The notes below the pieces were generated by a model. The model was not told the DNA's origin, ran no database searches, and was given only the letters and a program-made list of their open reading frames with translations. A program made the position numbers and the translations under genes. From a virus, in IMG/VR virus record IMGVR_UViG_3300041964_000072, positions 68,739-132,738 of that record: a stretch of DNA of 64,000 nt. One strand, given 5' to 3'. This document shows, piece by piece, positions 53,818 through 63,503 of this stretch. The first letter of the stretch is position 1, and every line of letters starts with the position of its first letter.

Positions 53818-54900
53818 ATGTCTATTCCGATTGCTGTAGATTTATTTTCGGGAGCTGGGGGACTTAGTTTAGGTTTTTTTCAGGCAGGGTTCGATCTGCT
53901 TGCTTCGGTTGAGATTGATCCAATCAATTGCCAAACCCATGAACGCAATTTTCCTTACTCCCGAATGTTCTGCACAGGAATTGAAAGCATTACGGGTAGA
54001 GAGATTAGAGACTACTCTTCTATTAAGAACTTGCCAATTTCTGTTGTTTTTGGTGGTTCACCCTGTCAGGGTTTTTCCCTTATAGGGAAGCGCTGTCTTG
54101 AAGATAAGCGCAATCAACTTATATATCAGTTCAGTCGCATTGTACACGAACTAAATGCCGACTACTTTTGCTTAGAGAATGTCCCTGGAATAGCACAGGG
54201 AAAATTTGCATTCATTCTTGAAGACTTAATTAAAGACTTTGTTCAGAAGGGCTATGAAGTAGTACAGCCTTTCCAGATCCTCAATGCTGCTAACTATGGG
54301 GTTCCCCAGTCCCGTCGTCGGTTATTTTTGATTGGCGGACGCAAGGGGCTACCACTTCCTAAGTATCCATCCCCAGTGACATTCCTTCCAGCAGAAACAG
54401 GGGATCTACCGAGATGCCCAACTGTCTGGGATGCGATCAGGGACTTACCGGAAGTCTCATCTTATCCAGAACTGTACTCCCAGGACTGGCTAGATATTGA
54501 CCTTCCTCCTGCAAAAAGTGCTTATGTGGAATCCTTACGAGATACACGCTCTCGGAGGCTTACGGGATGTTTGCGTACCCACCACAAACCGGAAGTAGTT
54601 GAGCGCTTCTTTAATACCATGCCAGGGGAAAAGGAACCTATTTCCCGATTCTTTCGCTTGCACCCAAATGGGATTTCCAACACTCTAAGAGCGGGTTCTG
54701 GCAGTCATACGGCTTGTCGTCCTATACATCCCTACCAGCTACGGGTTATTACGGTAAGGGAAGCAGCTCGGCTCCACAGTTTTCCGGATTGGTTCCAGTT
54801 TCACCCCTCGAAACTGCATGGGTTCCGGCAGGTAGGGAATTCTGTTCCCCCATCGTTAGCGTTTCACATAGCAAAGGAGATAGTTAGTTTATGCAAGTAG
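53818..54900 (+). CDS. dcm: C5-cytosine DNA methyltransferase
   Basis: DLFSGAGG, PCQ, ENV, QSRRR, AARL..FPD, VGNSV. Confidence 0.95.
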   Translation: MSIPIAVDLFSGAGGLSLGFFQAGFDLLASVEIDPINCQTHERNFPYSRMFCTGIESITGREIRDYSSIKNLPISVVFGGSPCQGFSLIGKRCLEDKRNQLIYQFSRIVHELNADYFCLENVPGIAQGKFAFILEDLIKDFVQKGYEVVQPFQILNAANYGVPQSRRRLFLIGGRKGLPLPKYPSPVTFLPAETGDLPRCPTVWDAIRDLPEVSSYPELYSQDWLDIDLPPAKSAYVESLRDTRSRRLTGCLRTHHKPEVVERFFNTMPGEKEPISRFFRLHPNGISNTLRAGSGSHTACRPIHPYQLRVITVREAARLHSFPDWFQFHPSKLHGFRQVGNSVPPSLAFHIAKEIVSLCK

Positions 54901-55436
54901 TCGGCGGAAGTGGGCATCGTCCCCTAAAGCTAGCAGAGAGTTATGAGGTATTTGATCTGACAAAAAATATTCTGGTCAATATCCTCAGAGAAAAGCTAGT
55001 AGAGCTGGAGGCAGACTTAGTAAAATCTGGGGGTGCGGTCGGTTTTGATACCTGTCTTTCCGCTGCTGCTCACAGGGAGGGAATCCCATTTGATGTAATC
55101 ATTCCCTCTGAGGAGCAAAAAACCCGATACCCTAAGCCTGTACGGGAGGAATATGAAAGAATGCTTTCTTGTGCAAGGAAAGTGATTATTCCTCCTGCTT
55201 GCATGAAGACTGAAAACTACCGAGAACGGTTATTAATCCGAAACGAAGTTATTGCCGATGAGTCCACTACCTTAATTGCCCTTTGGGATAGATCTAAATA
55301 TGGAGGAACCTATCACTGTGTCAGATATTTTGAGAGAACAAGACCAGGAGAAACCTACATCAACTTGTGGGATAAATGGGTTACCGAAAGTGGAGTATTT
55401 TGCGGACAACCGAAAACTCTTTGTACGACACTATGA
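54891..55436 (+). CDS. YspA/SLOG-family protein
   Basis: SGHRP, SGGAVGFD, RNE..AD, WD....GGT..CV. Confidence 0.8.
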   Translation: MQVVGGSGHRPLKLAESYEVFDLTKNILVNILREKLVELEADLVKSGGAVGFDTCLSAAAHREGIPFDVIIPSEEQKTRYPKPVREEYERMLSCARKVIIPPACMKTENYRERLLIRNEVIADESTTLIALWDRSKYGGTYHCVRYFERTRPGETYINLWDKWVTESGVFCGQPKTLCTTL

Positions 55437-55786
55437 ATCAAATCAGATACTAGAAGTTTTTGAATTCAAGCACAAAACCACGGCAAAAATAACAGCCCAA
55501 AAACTAAATAAGCAATTGCGGGAAGAAATGACTGCAATAGAAGCGGAAGACTCTAACGATGAGTTAACTGAAATTCAGGAAAGAATCCTGCTTCTATCAG
55601 GAAAAATGTACTTTGATAGAGGAGCTAGATTATTCACTACTTACCCAGACCTTTATCCTCTGCAAGAAATTCAATCTCTTGCCCGAAAGGGATATGTGGA
55701 AATGCATAAAGATCCCCGCTGGGCAAGCAGTGTCAATCTTTGGTGTCACACACTGAAGGCAATTGTTTGGATTAAATCGAAGTTGA

Positions 55787-56467
55787 ATGAAAATCACGAA
55801 TAAAGCACCACTACTAAAGCATTTAACGCACCTACCTTTTAGGCGTTATTGGTTGAAGTTTAGGGACTTGCCCCCAACAATTCAAGTACTGTGTGGCGAT
55901 GACCACTCTTTCACGTCAGCTACTTTCATGCAATCTGAGTCCAATTATCAAGGACTGAATGGCTATGTAGAGTTGTCAAAAGAAGAAGACGCTTCCAAAC
56001 TAATAAAAGACTTGATCAAGCGGAAGACCTCTAGCGTCGAATTCTCAGAGGATTTAGGGGTTGCGTGGTGTAATTATCAAACAAGTCCCAAGCACGCCGC
56101 TGGGGAGCGTACACCACTGGGAGAGCTAACGAAGCAGCCGGAGTACCTAGAAGAGGTGATGAACTGCTTGGAGGCTCAAGAGTGGTCTAAGCTTCGTTTA
56201 GTCAGTTACTCAGATCTTAGTCCTGTCTTAGAATCTCCTGATAGTTGCTTTGAATTCGATATGGTTTCTGTTTGGGGAATCCCAGCCTTGAACAAAGATT
56301 ATTTGAGAAAAATTGCTAGTTATTTTAGTGATAAGGAGGATTTGGCTATTGAAGAATCATCCGAAATGATACGGCTATCAACTATAGATTCTGGTCGAGA
56401 TTTTTATCTGTTCAGACTAATAGATAAGAAGCCAAAAGCAGGTGAGGTTGCTAGCGAACTAGAATGA
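55787..56467 (+). CDS. Hypothetical protein
   Basis: 226 aa ORF; no confident motif. Confidence 0.6.
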   Translation: MKITNKAPLLKHLTHLPFRRYWLKFRDLPPTIQVLCGDDHSFTSATFMQSESNYQGLNGYVELSKEEDASKLIKDLIKRKTSSVEFSEDLGVAWCNYQTSPKHAAGERTPLGELTKQPEYLEEVMNCLEAQEWSKLRLVSYSDLSPVLESPDSCFEFDMVSVWGIPALNKDYLRKIASYFSDKEDLAIEESSEMIRLSTIDSGRDFYLFRLIDKKPKAGEVASELE

Positions 56468-56486
56468 AAAGAAAAGCCAAGGTGTT

Positions 56487-57014
56487 ATGTCGGATAATTT
56501 AATCTTGGGATGCGATATCGGATTTGCAACTAATGCGATCGCTATCTTGGATGAGCAGAAAAATATAATCTACACAGAATTCATGAAGACGGATTCTAGT
56601 GACACCTTGGTTAACCGATTCTACTTTTTGTACAACCGATTCTTGGATGTTCTAGAGGAATTTAAGGTATCCAAGATCATTTACGAACACCCTGTAATGC
56701 ACAACAAGCAAGGGCACTTATTATCAGGAGTTGCTGCCCTTCTTTTTGTAGCAGCAAGAGTAAGAGACATTGAATTTATTCAAGACTACTCTGCCACACA
56801 CATCAAAAAAGTACTGACAAATAATGGACACGCATCAAAAGCAGAAGTTAAGCACGCTGTCTTAAAGCAAGTCGTCTTTGACAAAAAATACAACAATCAT
56901 GTTGTGGATGCGATCGCCTGTGTCCTCGTCTATTTAATGGAAAATCCACCATCATCATGCAAAACACCTACGAAAGCCCTCCCCCTCCCCCACCTTCACA
57001 ACTTGTCAGCATAG
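56487..57014 (+). CDS. ruvC: RuvC-like Holliday junction resolvase
   Basis: LGCDIG, IYE, YSATHIKK.LT.NG.ASK.EV, HVVDAIA. Confidence 0.9.
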   Translation: MSDNLILGCDIGFATNAIAILDEQKNIIYTEFMKTDSSDTLVNRFYFLYNRFLDVLEEFKVSKIIYEHPVMHNKQGHLLSGVAALLFVAARVRDIEFIQDYSATHIKKVLTNNGHASKAEVKHAVLKQVVFDKKYNNHVVDAIACVLVYLMENPPSSCKTPTKALPLPHLHNLSA

Positions 57015-58167
57015 ATATGCTTGATTTGACGACTCAGTTTAATCTGGTGTCTTCAGAGAAAATGTTTGACAAGCTAGCGCCTAAAATCTCTCCGGAACAA
57101 TTGCAGTTTACGATAAAAAATCTCATCCGGGAAAAGGCAATCCAAAGAGCATACATGCTGAGTACGATGAGAGAGGTTCAGGAGATGGGAATCTATATGG
57201 CTGATCTCGAATACAGAGAGCGATGTCTCAAAGAAACCATTCGAGAAATGGCAGAGTACAACGGCAAGTTAATCGAAATATTGAGGAAGATAGATGAGAA
57301 CCTTGCAAGACCTAACGGACTCTGAGAAGAAAGATAAGCTGCTTCTAGAGTATCGCCGCTCTAGGGAAGATCAGTCCTTAAAGCTATGGGTGTCTCCTCC
57401 CAATTCAATGCAGTGGCAGCGCTTTGATCAGTCGAGCTACCACCCTATAGCAAAGCAATGGGAAAAGTTCCGCTTTCATAAAAACATGCCGGATGAATCC
57501 GGTTATTTGCTTGTAAGTTATTTCAGAGGCAGTAACATTCCCTATGAAATGCTTAGACTGGTAGAAACTCAGACAATACCATTTGCTGTAGCATCACATG
57601 GAAGTTCCAACATTTGATAGATTAATTGAGGAAATTAGGGACAAGTCTTATACCTCTCCCACTGAGGCATCTCTTGCCCTGGTGCCCTTCCTCGGTACAG
57701 TCGTCATTCCAACCTATGCGATCGTGGATTTGGGGGGTGAACCTCCCGACTGTGATATCAAACCAATCGCTAATTTGGTTTCCTTTCAGGAAGGAGCTGA
57801 AACCCGCTGGAAGTGGCAGATAGTTTGAGCGTTAAGCCCTGGTGTTTGAGTCCGGGGCTAGCCAATTAATTATCATGTCTGACGGATACGATGCAGCAGT
57901 ACAAGCCTTGCAATCAGCCCTTGAAAATCAAGCTCATTATGCAGAACTGGACGAAGCATATAATCGACTGTCCCAGTTTGCAAGGGAACCTGATTCTAGC
58001 GTTGACCAACTACTTTATCGCGCTAGTTGTCGGCTAAAACTGAACCGACCAGCAACGGATAATGAGATAGCAGTTTGCAAGGAAGTGCTGGGGCGATACG
58101 ATTCAGCGTTCAGGCGCTTAGCGGAATAAATCAATACATCGCATACATCCCCGCTAACACATGAGTT

Positions 58168-58665
58168 ATGAACGCAACAACAGTACTGAAAGAAGTTCAA
58201 GGTAACTTACTGAATGTAAGTAAGGGTGTAATTTGTCAGCAGGTCAACTTGCAAGGGGTCATGGGCAAAGGGTTAGCCCTAGACATCCGGACTGCATATC
58301 CTGTCGTTTACCGACGCTACAAGGCAGCGCTTAAAAAAGGCTTGAGCCTGGGCGATGTCGTGATGGTTCCTATCACTAATGAGTTGTGGGTAGCCAATAT
58401 CGTAGGACAAGAAAAAATCAAAGGATTCGGAAAACCACAGTGTCAGACAGATTACGGGGCAGTGCGATTGGGGCTTGAATACATTCGCTTGTGGCAGGAG
58501 TTTACAGAGTCAGAAATTTATATCCCTTATGGCATGGGCTGTCGCCTTGGAGGAGGTCAATGGGAAATTGTATCCAAAATAATTGAAGAGGAATTGCCCA
58601 ATGCAATCATCGTGAAGTATGAACCCTCAAATAAAGAACCTAATGGAGAAGCGGCTGAGATTTGA
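58168..58665 (+). CDS. Macro domain protein
   Basis: CQQVN..GVMGKGLALDI...YP and IPYGMGCRLGGG.W. Confidence 0.88.
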   Translation: MNATTVLKEVQGNLLNVSKGVICQQVNLQGVMGKGLALDIRTAYPVVYRRYKAALKKGLSLGDVVMVPITNELWVANIVGQEKIKGFGKPQCQTDYGAVRLGLEYIRLWQEFTESEIYIPYGMGCRLGGGQWEIVSKIIEEELPNAIIVKYEPSNKEPNGEAAEI

Positions 58666-59133
58666 TGTAGTAGACAAGTCTCCTAGACCGGGATGCATTG
58701 AATCAGGAAAGTACCCTTCTTGGCAGTGCTGTGAATTCCATCGAGAGCTGTCAAAATCCTACGACCAAATGAGGGACAGAGCGCTTAAATTGACGTTTGA
58801 AAAATTTCCAGACGCAAAACAAGACATGCAAGCTCCCTTCCTGGTTTGGATAAAAAGAGAGTTGATGTCCGTTATGTCAACCCGCTGGTGGTTGTTGATG
58901 GCATACACCTTTTGTAGTGATGAAGAAAGTTGTAACGATCCATAGCTATGGTCGTTTTGTGGGATACGGCACTATTATTCGGGATCAAGTTCCATCTGGC
59001 ATTGATAGTTTGTCATGCTATGAAGTTGCTGTGGATTCGTTGCTGTGTCCTGCTCTTTTTTATAAGAAGCCTGAACTCCGAACAGGCAAGCATTTCAATG
59101 TAGGCAACAAGGCATTTTGGATGTTAATGAATC

Positions 59134-59916
59134 ATGGAAAAGCCTTATTTCCACGAATTGAATGATGAAGAAAGAAATGCTGTCTACGGTACTGTTGCAT
59201 CTAAAGTTGTGCAGGATTATCGTCAACCTGACTGGTGTACCTATCCAGAAGCGCTGGGGGGACACCTGGGCTGCTGGTCACTGGTGAGCGGCTTAGTTAC
59301 GTCAGAGGAATTTTGTCGAGGATGCGAATTGCATAAAGATCATCCAGAAAATCCAAAAAATAAACCACAAACAAGGAATGAATCAATGACAACTAATACA
59401 AACGAATCAGTGTTGATTGAAACCCCTCATGTAAAGCTAAAGCGCACTCCCAGAGGATTTGATTATTTGGAGAGACGTGGAAAGGATTCGGTAGCAGTAT
59501 TTCTTGCCAGGTTTGCGGAAAACGGAGAGGAAGAAGTACTAATCCGATATCAACCTTTGTGTGTAGATAATACAGAAGTAGATGGTCAACAAACACTTTT
59601 TCCCTGCCCTATCACTGGTGGGATGGAAGCTGATGAAACTCCTCTTGAATGTGCCTTAAGGGAAGTGGAGGAGGAAGCGGGATACAAATTAGATAATTTA
59701 ATCTCGCTCACTTCTTATATTGTAGGAACCCAAACCAATGAGGTCTGCCATCTTTTCTGGGGCGATGTGACCGACATTGAGCCTATTGAAGCCGCTCAAG
59801 ACGGAAGTTATTTTGAAAGCGTTAGCCGCAATGAGTGGAAGCCTTTTGAATTTCTTCTGGAGTGTGAGTATGTGGCTTGCAAACTAGCACTGTTTCTAAT
59901 CAATGATTTGGAGTAA
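59134..59916 (+). CDS. Nudix hydrolase with N-terminal Cys-containing extension
   Basis: Nudix box GGMEADETPLECALREVEEEAG. Confidence 0.85.
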   Translation: MEKPYFHELNDEERNAVYGTVASKVVQDYRQPDWCTYPEALGGHLGCWSLVSGLVTSEEFCRGCELHKDHPENPKNKPQTRNESMTTNTNESVLIETPHVKLKRTPRGFDYLERRGKDSVAVFLARFAENGEEEVLIRYQPLCVDNTEVDGQQTLFPCPITGGMEADETPLECALREVEEEAGYKLDNLISLTSYIVGTQTNEVCHLFWGDVTDIEPIEAAQDGSYFESVSRNEWKPFEFLLECEYVACKLALFLINDLE

Positions 59917-60169
59917 GATACTGCTTCTATAGTCTTGAAACTCAGTATTCACATTGGCGATGTACTTGATAGTGAGGAATACGATGACGATATCGAAGAC
60001 GATGACTACGAGAAAGAGGGGTCTGAATGTGGTGCCGTTTGGGATTATCCAGGCTCTCCTTACTCAAGTGAGGATGAGGGCATTTAATAGCATCTAAATA
60101 CTCTTGATCTGCAAGTAATCCATGTGGATTAACAGGCACCTAGATCCTTTCTAGGTGCCTACTTAATTT

Positions 60170-60925
60170 TCAAACCAACGCTTTCTTGACATTATTTCCA
60201 GATTCAAAGCAAGCAATCCGACAGTCTTTAAACCCATGTAAATTATTGGCTCTTATTTTTGCTCGTGCCAATACTTCCGCTAAGTTCGTAGCAGCAGCTT
60301 CTATGTCATCAAAGGAATCTCTGAGATTCGCTTTATCAGGTAGACCCCGATTTACCTTAATTTGTTTTGCATCTCCTCCTAACAGTGGCTTGTAAATTTC
60401 GTTGGTACACGCTCCGTACTGCCAGGGTATATTGATTCCCCTGATCTTGAGTTCCTTCGTTAGGTGGTTGCGTCCATCAATGCCTTTCAGTCGAACACTA
60501 ATCCACTCATCAGATTTTCCCTGCCTCCTCCATTTGGCAATAGCCCTGTCCTCGGAGCGGGTAATACCTAACTCTGGATCATTGTCTTCCTCAATACGCT
60601 CCAGCAAAGCACCTAAAGCCCATGAGTGAAATTCAGGACTAAGGTACTCAGCGTATGCGATCGCTAGTTTTGGAATGCCGTATGTTCCGCCGCCTTTGCC
60701 TTTGCGAGTTTCGTAAATACAACTGGGGGCTGTATTAAGTTCCGCCGCTAAAACTCTCAGTAACGGTTGAACATTGTCATTATTTAGCCAATCATTCACC
60801 CGCTTAGTTTTAGGACTACCTTGCGCTCTCCACATATCTGTTAATCTTACAAACCCATCTCCTAATCGAATGTTTATAGGGGTTTCATTATATTCAATTT
60901 TCTTGTATTTAGTTACTTGTCCCAT
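60170..60925 (-). CDS. KilA-N domain protein
   Basis: VRLTDMWRA...NDWL...GGGTY....AIAYAEYLSPEFH. Confidence 0.85.
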   Translation of the reverse strand: MGQVTKYKKIEYNETPINIRLGDGFVRLTDMWRAQGSPKTKRVNDWLNNDNVQPLLRVLAAELNTAPSCIYETRKGKGGGTYGIPKLAIAYAEYLSPEFHSWALGALLERIEEDNDPELGITRSEDRAIAKWRRQGKSDEWISVRLKGIDGRNHLTKELKIRGINIPWQYGACTNEIYKPLLGGDAKQIKVNRGLPDKANLRDSFDDIEAAATNLAEVLARAKIRANNLHGFKDCRIACFESGNNVKKALV

Positions 60926-61035
60926 TGTGCCGATGAAGATAATAAATGGTGAAGTATTATCTGAATATATAAGCCATTTTCTTCTATGATATCAAAACCA
61001 AATTCCGTAAACTATAAAAAGAGAATCTGTAAAAA

Positions 61036-61266
61036 ATGAATCCTATCCATTTTTGCTATTGGCTACAAGGATACTTTGAAGTGTCTACCGAAACGGCACT
61101 GACCCATGATCAGATGGAGGTGATTAAAAAGCACCTGCGGATGGTATTCTATCAGCACATTGACCCTACCTCTCCTGAAGAAAAACAGGAAGGATTGAGC
61201 CAAATTCATAACCCAAGCAATTCCTTGCAAAATATCTCCAATCCTTATGACGGCACTCGCTGCTAG
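61036..61266 (+). CDS. Small hypothetical phage protein
   Basis: FCYWLQGYFE...Q..VIK.HL. Confidence 0.6.
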   Translation: MNPIHFCYWLQGYFEVSTETALTHDQMEVIKKHLRMVFYQHIDPTSPEEKQEGLSQIHNPSNSLQNISNPYDGTRC

Positions 61267-61298
61267 TTAGAATGGTAGAAAGTTAGCATCAATGCGAC

Positions 61299-61712
61299 AT
61301 GGAACATAACATCACGGTTATATTTAATGTTTGCAGAAATGTATCTTTCTACAATGTCGCCTCTACGGAAGGGCATATCGTTGGTGGATTGTTTGTAATT
61401 CCATTTGACGTAGATAATAGTTCTGGTGCTTTTCCTGGACAATCTTTTGTTGAGATTTGCGCTATGAATATCAACAAGCCCTTCCGTCGCAGAGGCTACG
61501 CAACGAGGTTAATGCAGTCCGTAATTAAGGACTTTGCATGGCAGTGGATTTGTCTTCAGGTAGAACAAAATCCTTCACCGGGAAACATGACCACGGAAGA
61601 ATTATTCCGCTGGTATGAAAAGTTGGGATTCGTTGAAAATTCTCCTTATCATGAGGGAGTGGGGTGGATGCATAAAGCTCCCTCATGTAGTCGCAAATTC
61701 ATAACTGAGTGA
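61299..61712 (+). CDS. GNAT acetyltransferase
   Basis: INKPFRRRGYATRLM...WYEKLGF. Confidence 0.85.
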   Translation: MEHNITVIFNVCRNVSFYNVASTEGHIVGGLFVIPFDVDNSSGAFPGQSFVEICAMNINKPFRRRGYATRLMQSVIKDFAWQWICLQVEQNPSPGNMTTEELFRWYEKLGFVENSPYHEGVGWMHKAPSCSRKFITE

Positions 61713-62180
61713 GCGAGTAGTGGCATCATTGACTATGCCTTTATCTATTACTTGATAGATATAAATTTTGGTGTTGATTACCGAGTGTCAACGAGGGCAT
61801 GTTCATGCCATTACTGTGTCTATGTATGTGCAATATTAGCTTAGGCTAGTAAAGCAAGTAGAGGTATCTTGATAATACCTTTGTCTATTACAGGCATAAA
61901 TCCTTTGTCAATCGGTTCCGTCCTTATCCACCACGTATACGCGAAATCAGTATTTCTGATCAAGCGAGTAGAGGTGTTATTGAATGCACCTTTGTCTTTA
62001 TAAAGAAGGCATAAACAAGAGTATTCAAAAAGCTCATGTCTTGTAATTCAATTGGGAACCCTTCTATGTATGCGCGAATTGGCTTCCAATAAGCGAGTAG
62101 CGGCATTCTTGATTATGCCTTTGTCAATTAAAAAATTGGCATAAAGTACTTAGAAATCAAATAAGCAATTCCTTTTTTGT
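61683..62180 (+). repeat. Tandem array of four TnpB omega-RNA-like scaffold+guide units
   Basis: Conserved GTA..YGC-hairpin-GCRAGTAG-hairpin(TTGA loop)-hairpin-...TCAA. Scaffolds span 61683-61791, 61820-61911, 61931-62028 and 62064-62160, and share the architecture of the tnpB 3' end. Confidence 0.85.
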
Positions 62181-62249
62181 ACCTAAGACAATCAATTTGT
62201 CAGTATAGACAATACATCTATATAACGAGGACAACATTCATGATTACAC

Positions 62250-63503
62250 ATGCCCAGTTACGGCTGTCAACAAATCCTTATTCATCCCGATAAAGACCTC
62301 AAAGCAATCCTCGAATTTATCTGTGAGCAATCCAAGAAAATTGCAAACCAAGGCATTTATTACGCTCGACAAATTTATTTTAAAACAGGTAGGGTTATCC
62401 AGAAATATGAACTAGAAAAAGTACTAAAACACACCTTAACCTATCAATCACTTTACTCTGCGGTGGCACAACAAACGCTTCAGGCAGTAGGAGAAGCCTT
62501 CAAGAGCTTCATTGGACTTTTAAGAGGAATCAAGAAAGGCACTGTAACTCAAAAACCAGAAATTCCAAAATACATCAAGAAAGAGTTTCATCTGGTAGCC
62601 TACCCCAAACAGACCTTGAAATTACAGGATAATCACATAATATTTGGCTTAGGAAAAAAGGTTAAGGCTTGGTTTGGGATCGACCACTTCAAGATCCCAA
62701 TGCCCAGTAACCTAAATTTTGACCAAATCCGTGAAATCCAATTCATTCCACGTAACGGCTGTTTCTACGCCAGTTTTAGCTACAAGACCCCTACAACCGA
62801 GAAAGCGGACGTAGACCCTCAGCGAGTACTAGGTATTGACCACGGACTCGACAACTGGTTGACGTGTGTAAGTAATGTCGATACCAGTTTTATTGTCGAT
62901 GGTCGTCACCTGAAGTCATTAAATCAGTGGTACAACAAACGAACCTCTGAGCTGAAAACTGGTCAGCCTAAAGGCTTCCGGTCTAAGCAGTTAGATCGAA
63001 TTACCGAAAAGCGCAATCGGCAAGCCAGGGATGCAGTAAATAAAGCCGCACGGATGGTACTCAATCACTGCATAGAACACCGTATCGGAACTGTGGTCTT
63101 TGGCTGGAATAAAGAGCAGAAACAAGGCATTAATATAGGGAAACGAAACAACCAAAATTTTGTGCAAATTCCCACAGGTAAACTAAAGGATCGTATTTCC
63201 CATCTATGTGAGCAGTATGGGATTCGATTCATAGAAACCGAAGAATCCTACACGTCTAGGGCATCATTTCTCGATGACGATTTTATTCCACAATGGGAAA
63301 AGAAACCGGAAGGTTGGAAACCGTCAGGAAATCGCAAGAAGCGAGGACTTTATATTACAAAGGAAGGAATAAAAATCAACGCTGACTGCAATGGTGCGGG
63401 GAACATCCTTCGCAAGGTAGCAACAACGGAAGGGCTAGACCTTTCCGGAGTTAGTAGGGGTGCCTTGACAACACCTTCAAGAGTCCGTATCTGGGCTGCT
63501 TGA
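62250..63503 (+). CDS. tnpB: TnpB (IS200/IS605 RNA-guided endonuclease) with intact RuvC
   Basis: RuvC I LGIDHG, RuvC II TEESYTS, RuvC III NADCNGA; cyanobacterial-type sequence without the Zn-finger cysteines. Confidence 0.95.
   Translation: MPSYGCQQILIHPDKDLKAILEFICEQSKKIANQGIYYARQIYFKTGRVIQKYELEKVLKHTLTYQSLYSAVAQQTLQAVGEAFKSFIGLLRGIKKGTVTQKPEIPKYIKKEFHLVAYPKQTLKLQDNHIIFGLGKKVKAWFGIDHFKIPMPSNLNFDQIREIQFIPRNGCFYASFSYKTPTTEKADVDPQRVLGIDHGLDNWLTCVSNVDTSFIVDGRHLKSLNQWYNKRTSELKTGQPKGFRSKQLDRITEKRNRQARDAVNKAARMVLNHCIEHRIGTVVFGWNKEQKQGINIGKRNNQNFVQIPTGKLKDRISHLCEQYGIRFIETEESYTSRASFLDDDFIPQWEKKPEGWKPSGNRKKRGLYITKEGIKINADCNGAGNILRKVATTEGLDLSGVSRGALTTPSRVRIWAA

Noticed and set aside
55787-56467. Possible sliding clamp
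   Set aside because: Only size and context suggest it; no diagnostic motif recognised.
61683-62160. Array read as a CRISPR array, REP/BIME cluster or type III toxin-antitoxin RNA
   Set aside because: Repeats are not identical and no cas genes are present in the window. The GTAG+hairpin is REP-like, but the whole unit, including the TCAA end and pseudoknot, matches the tnpB 3' RNA far better.
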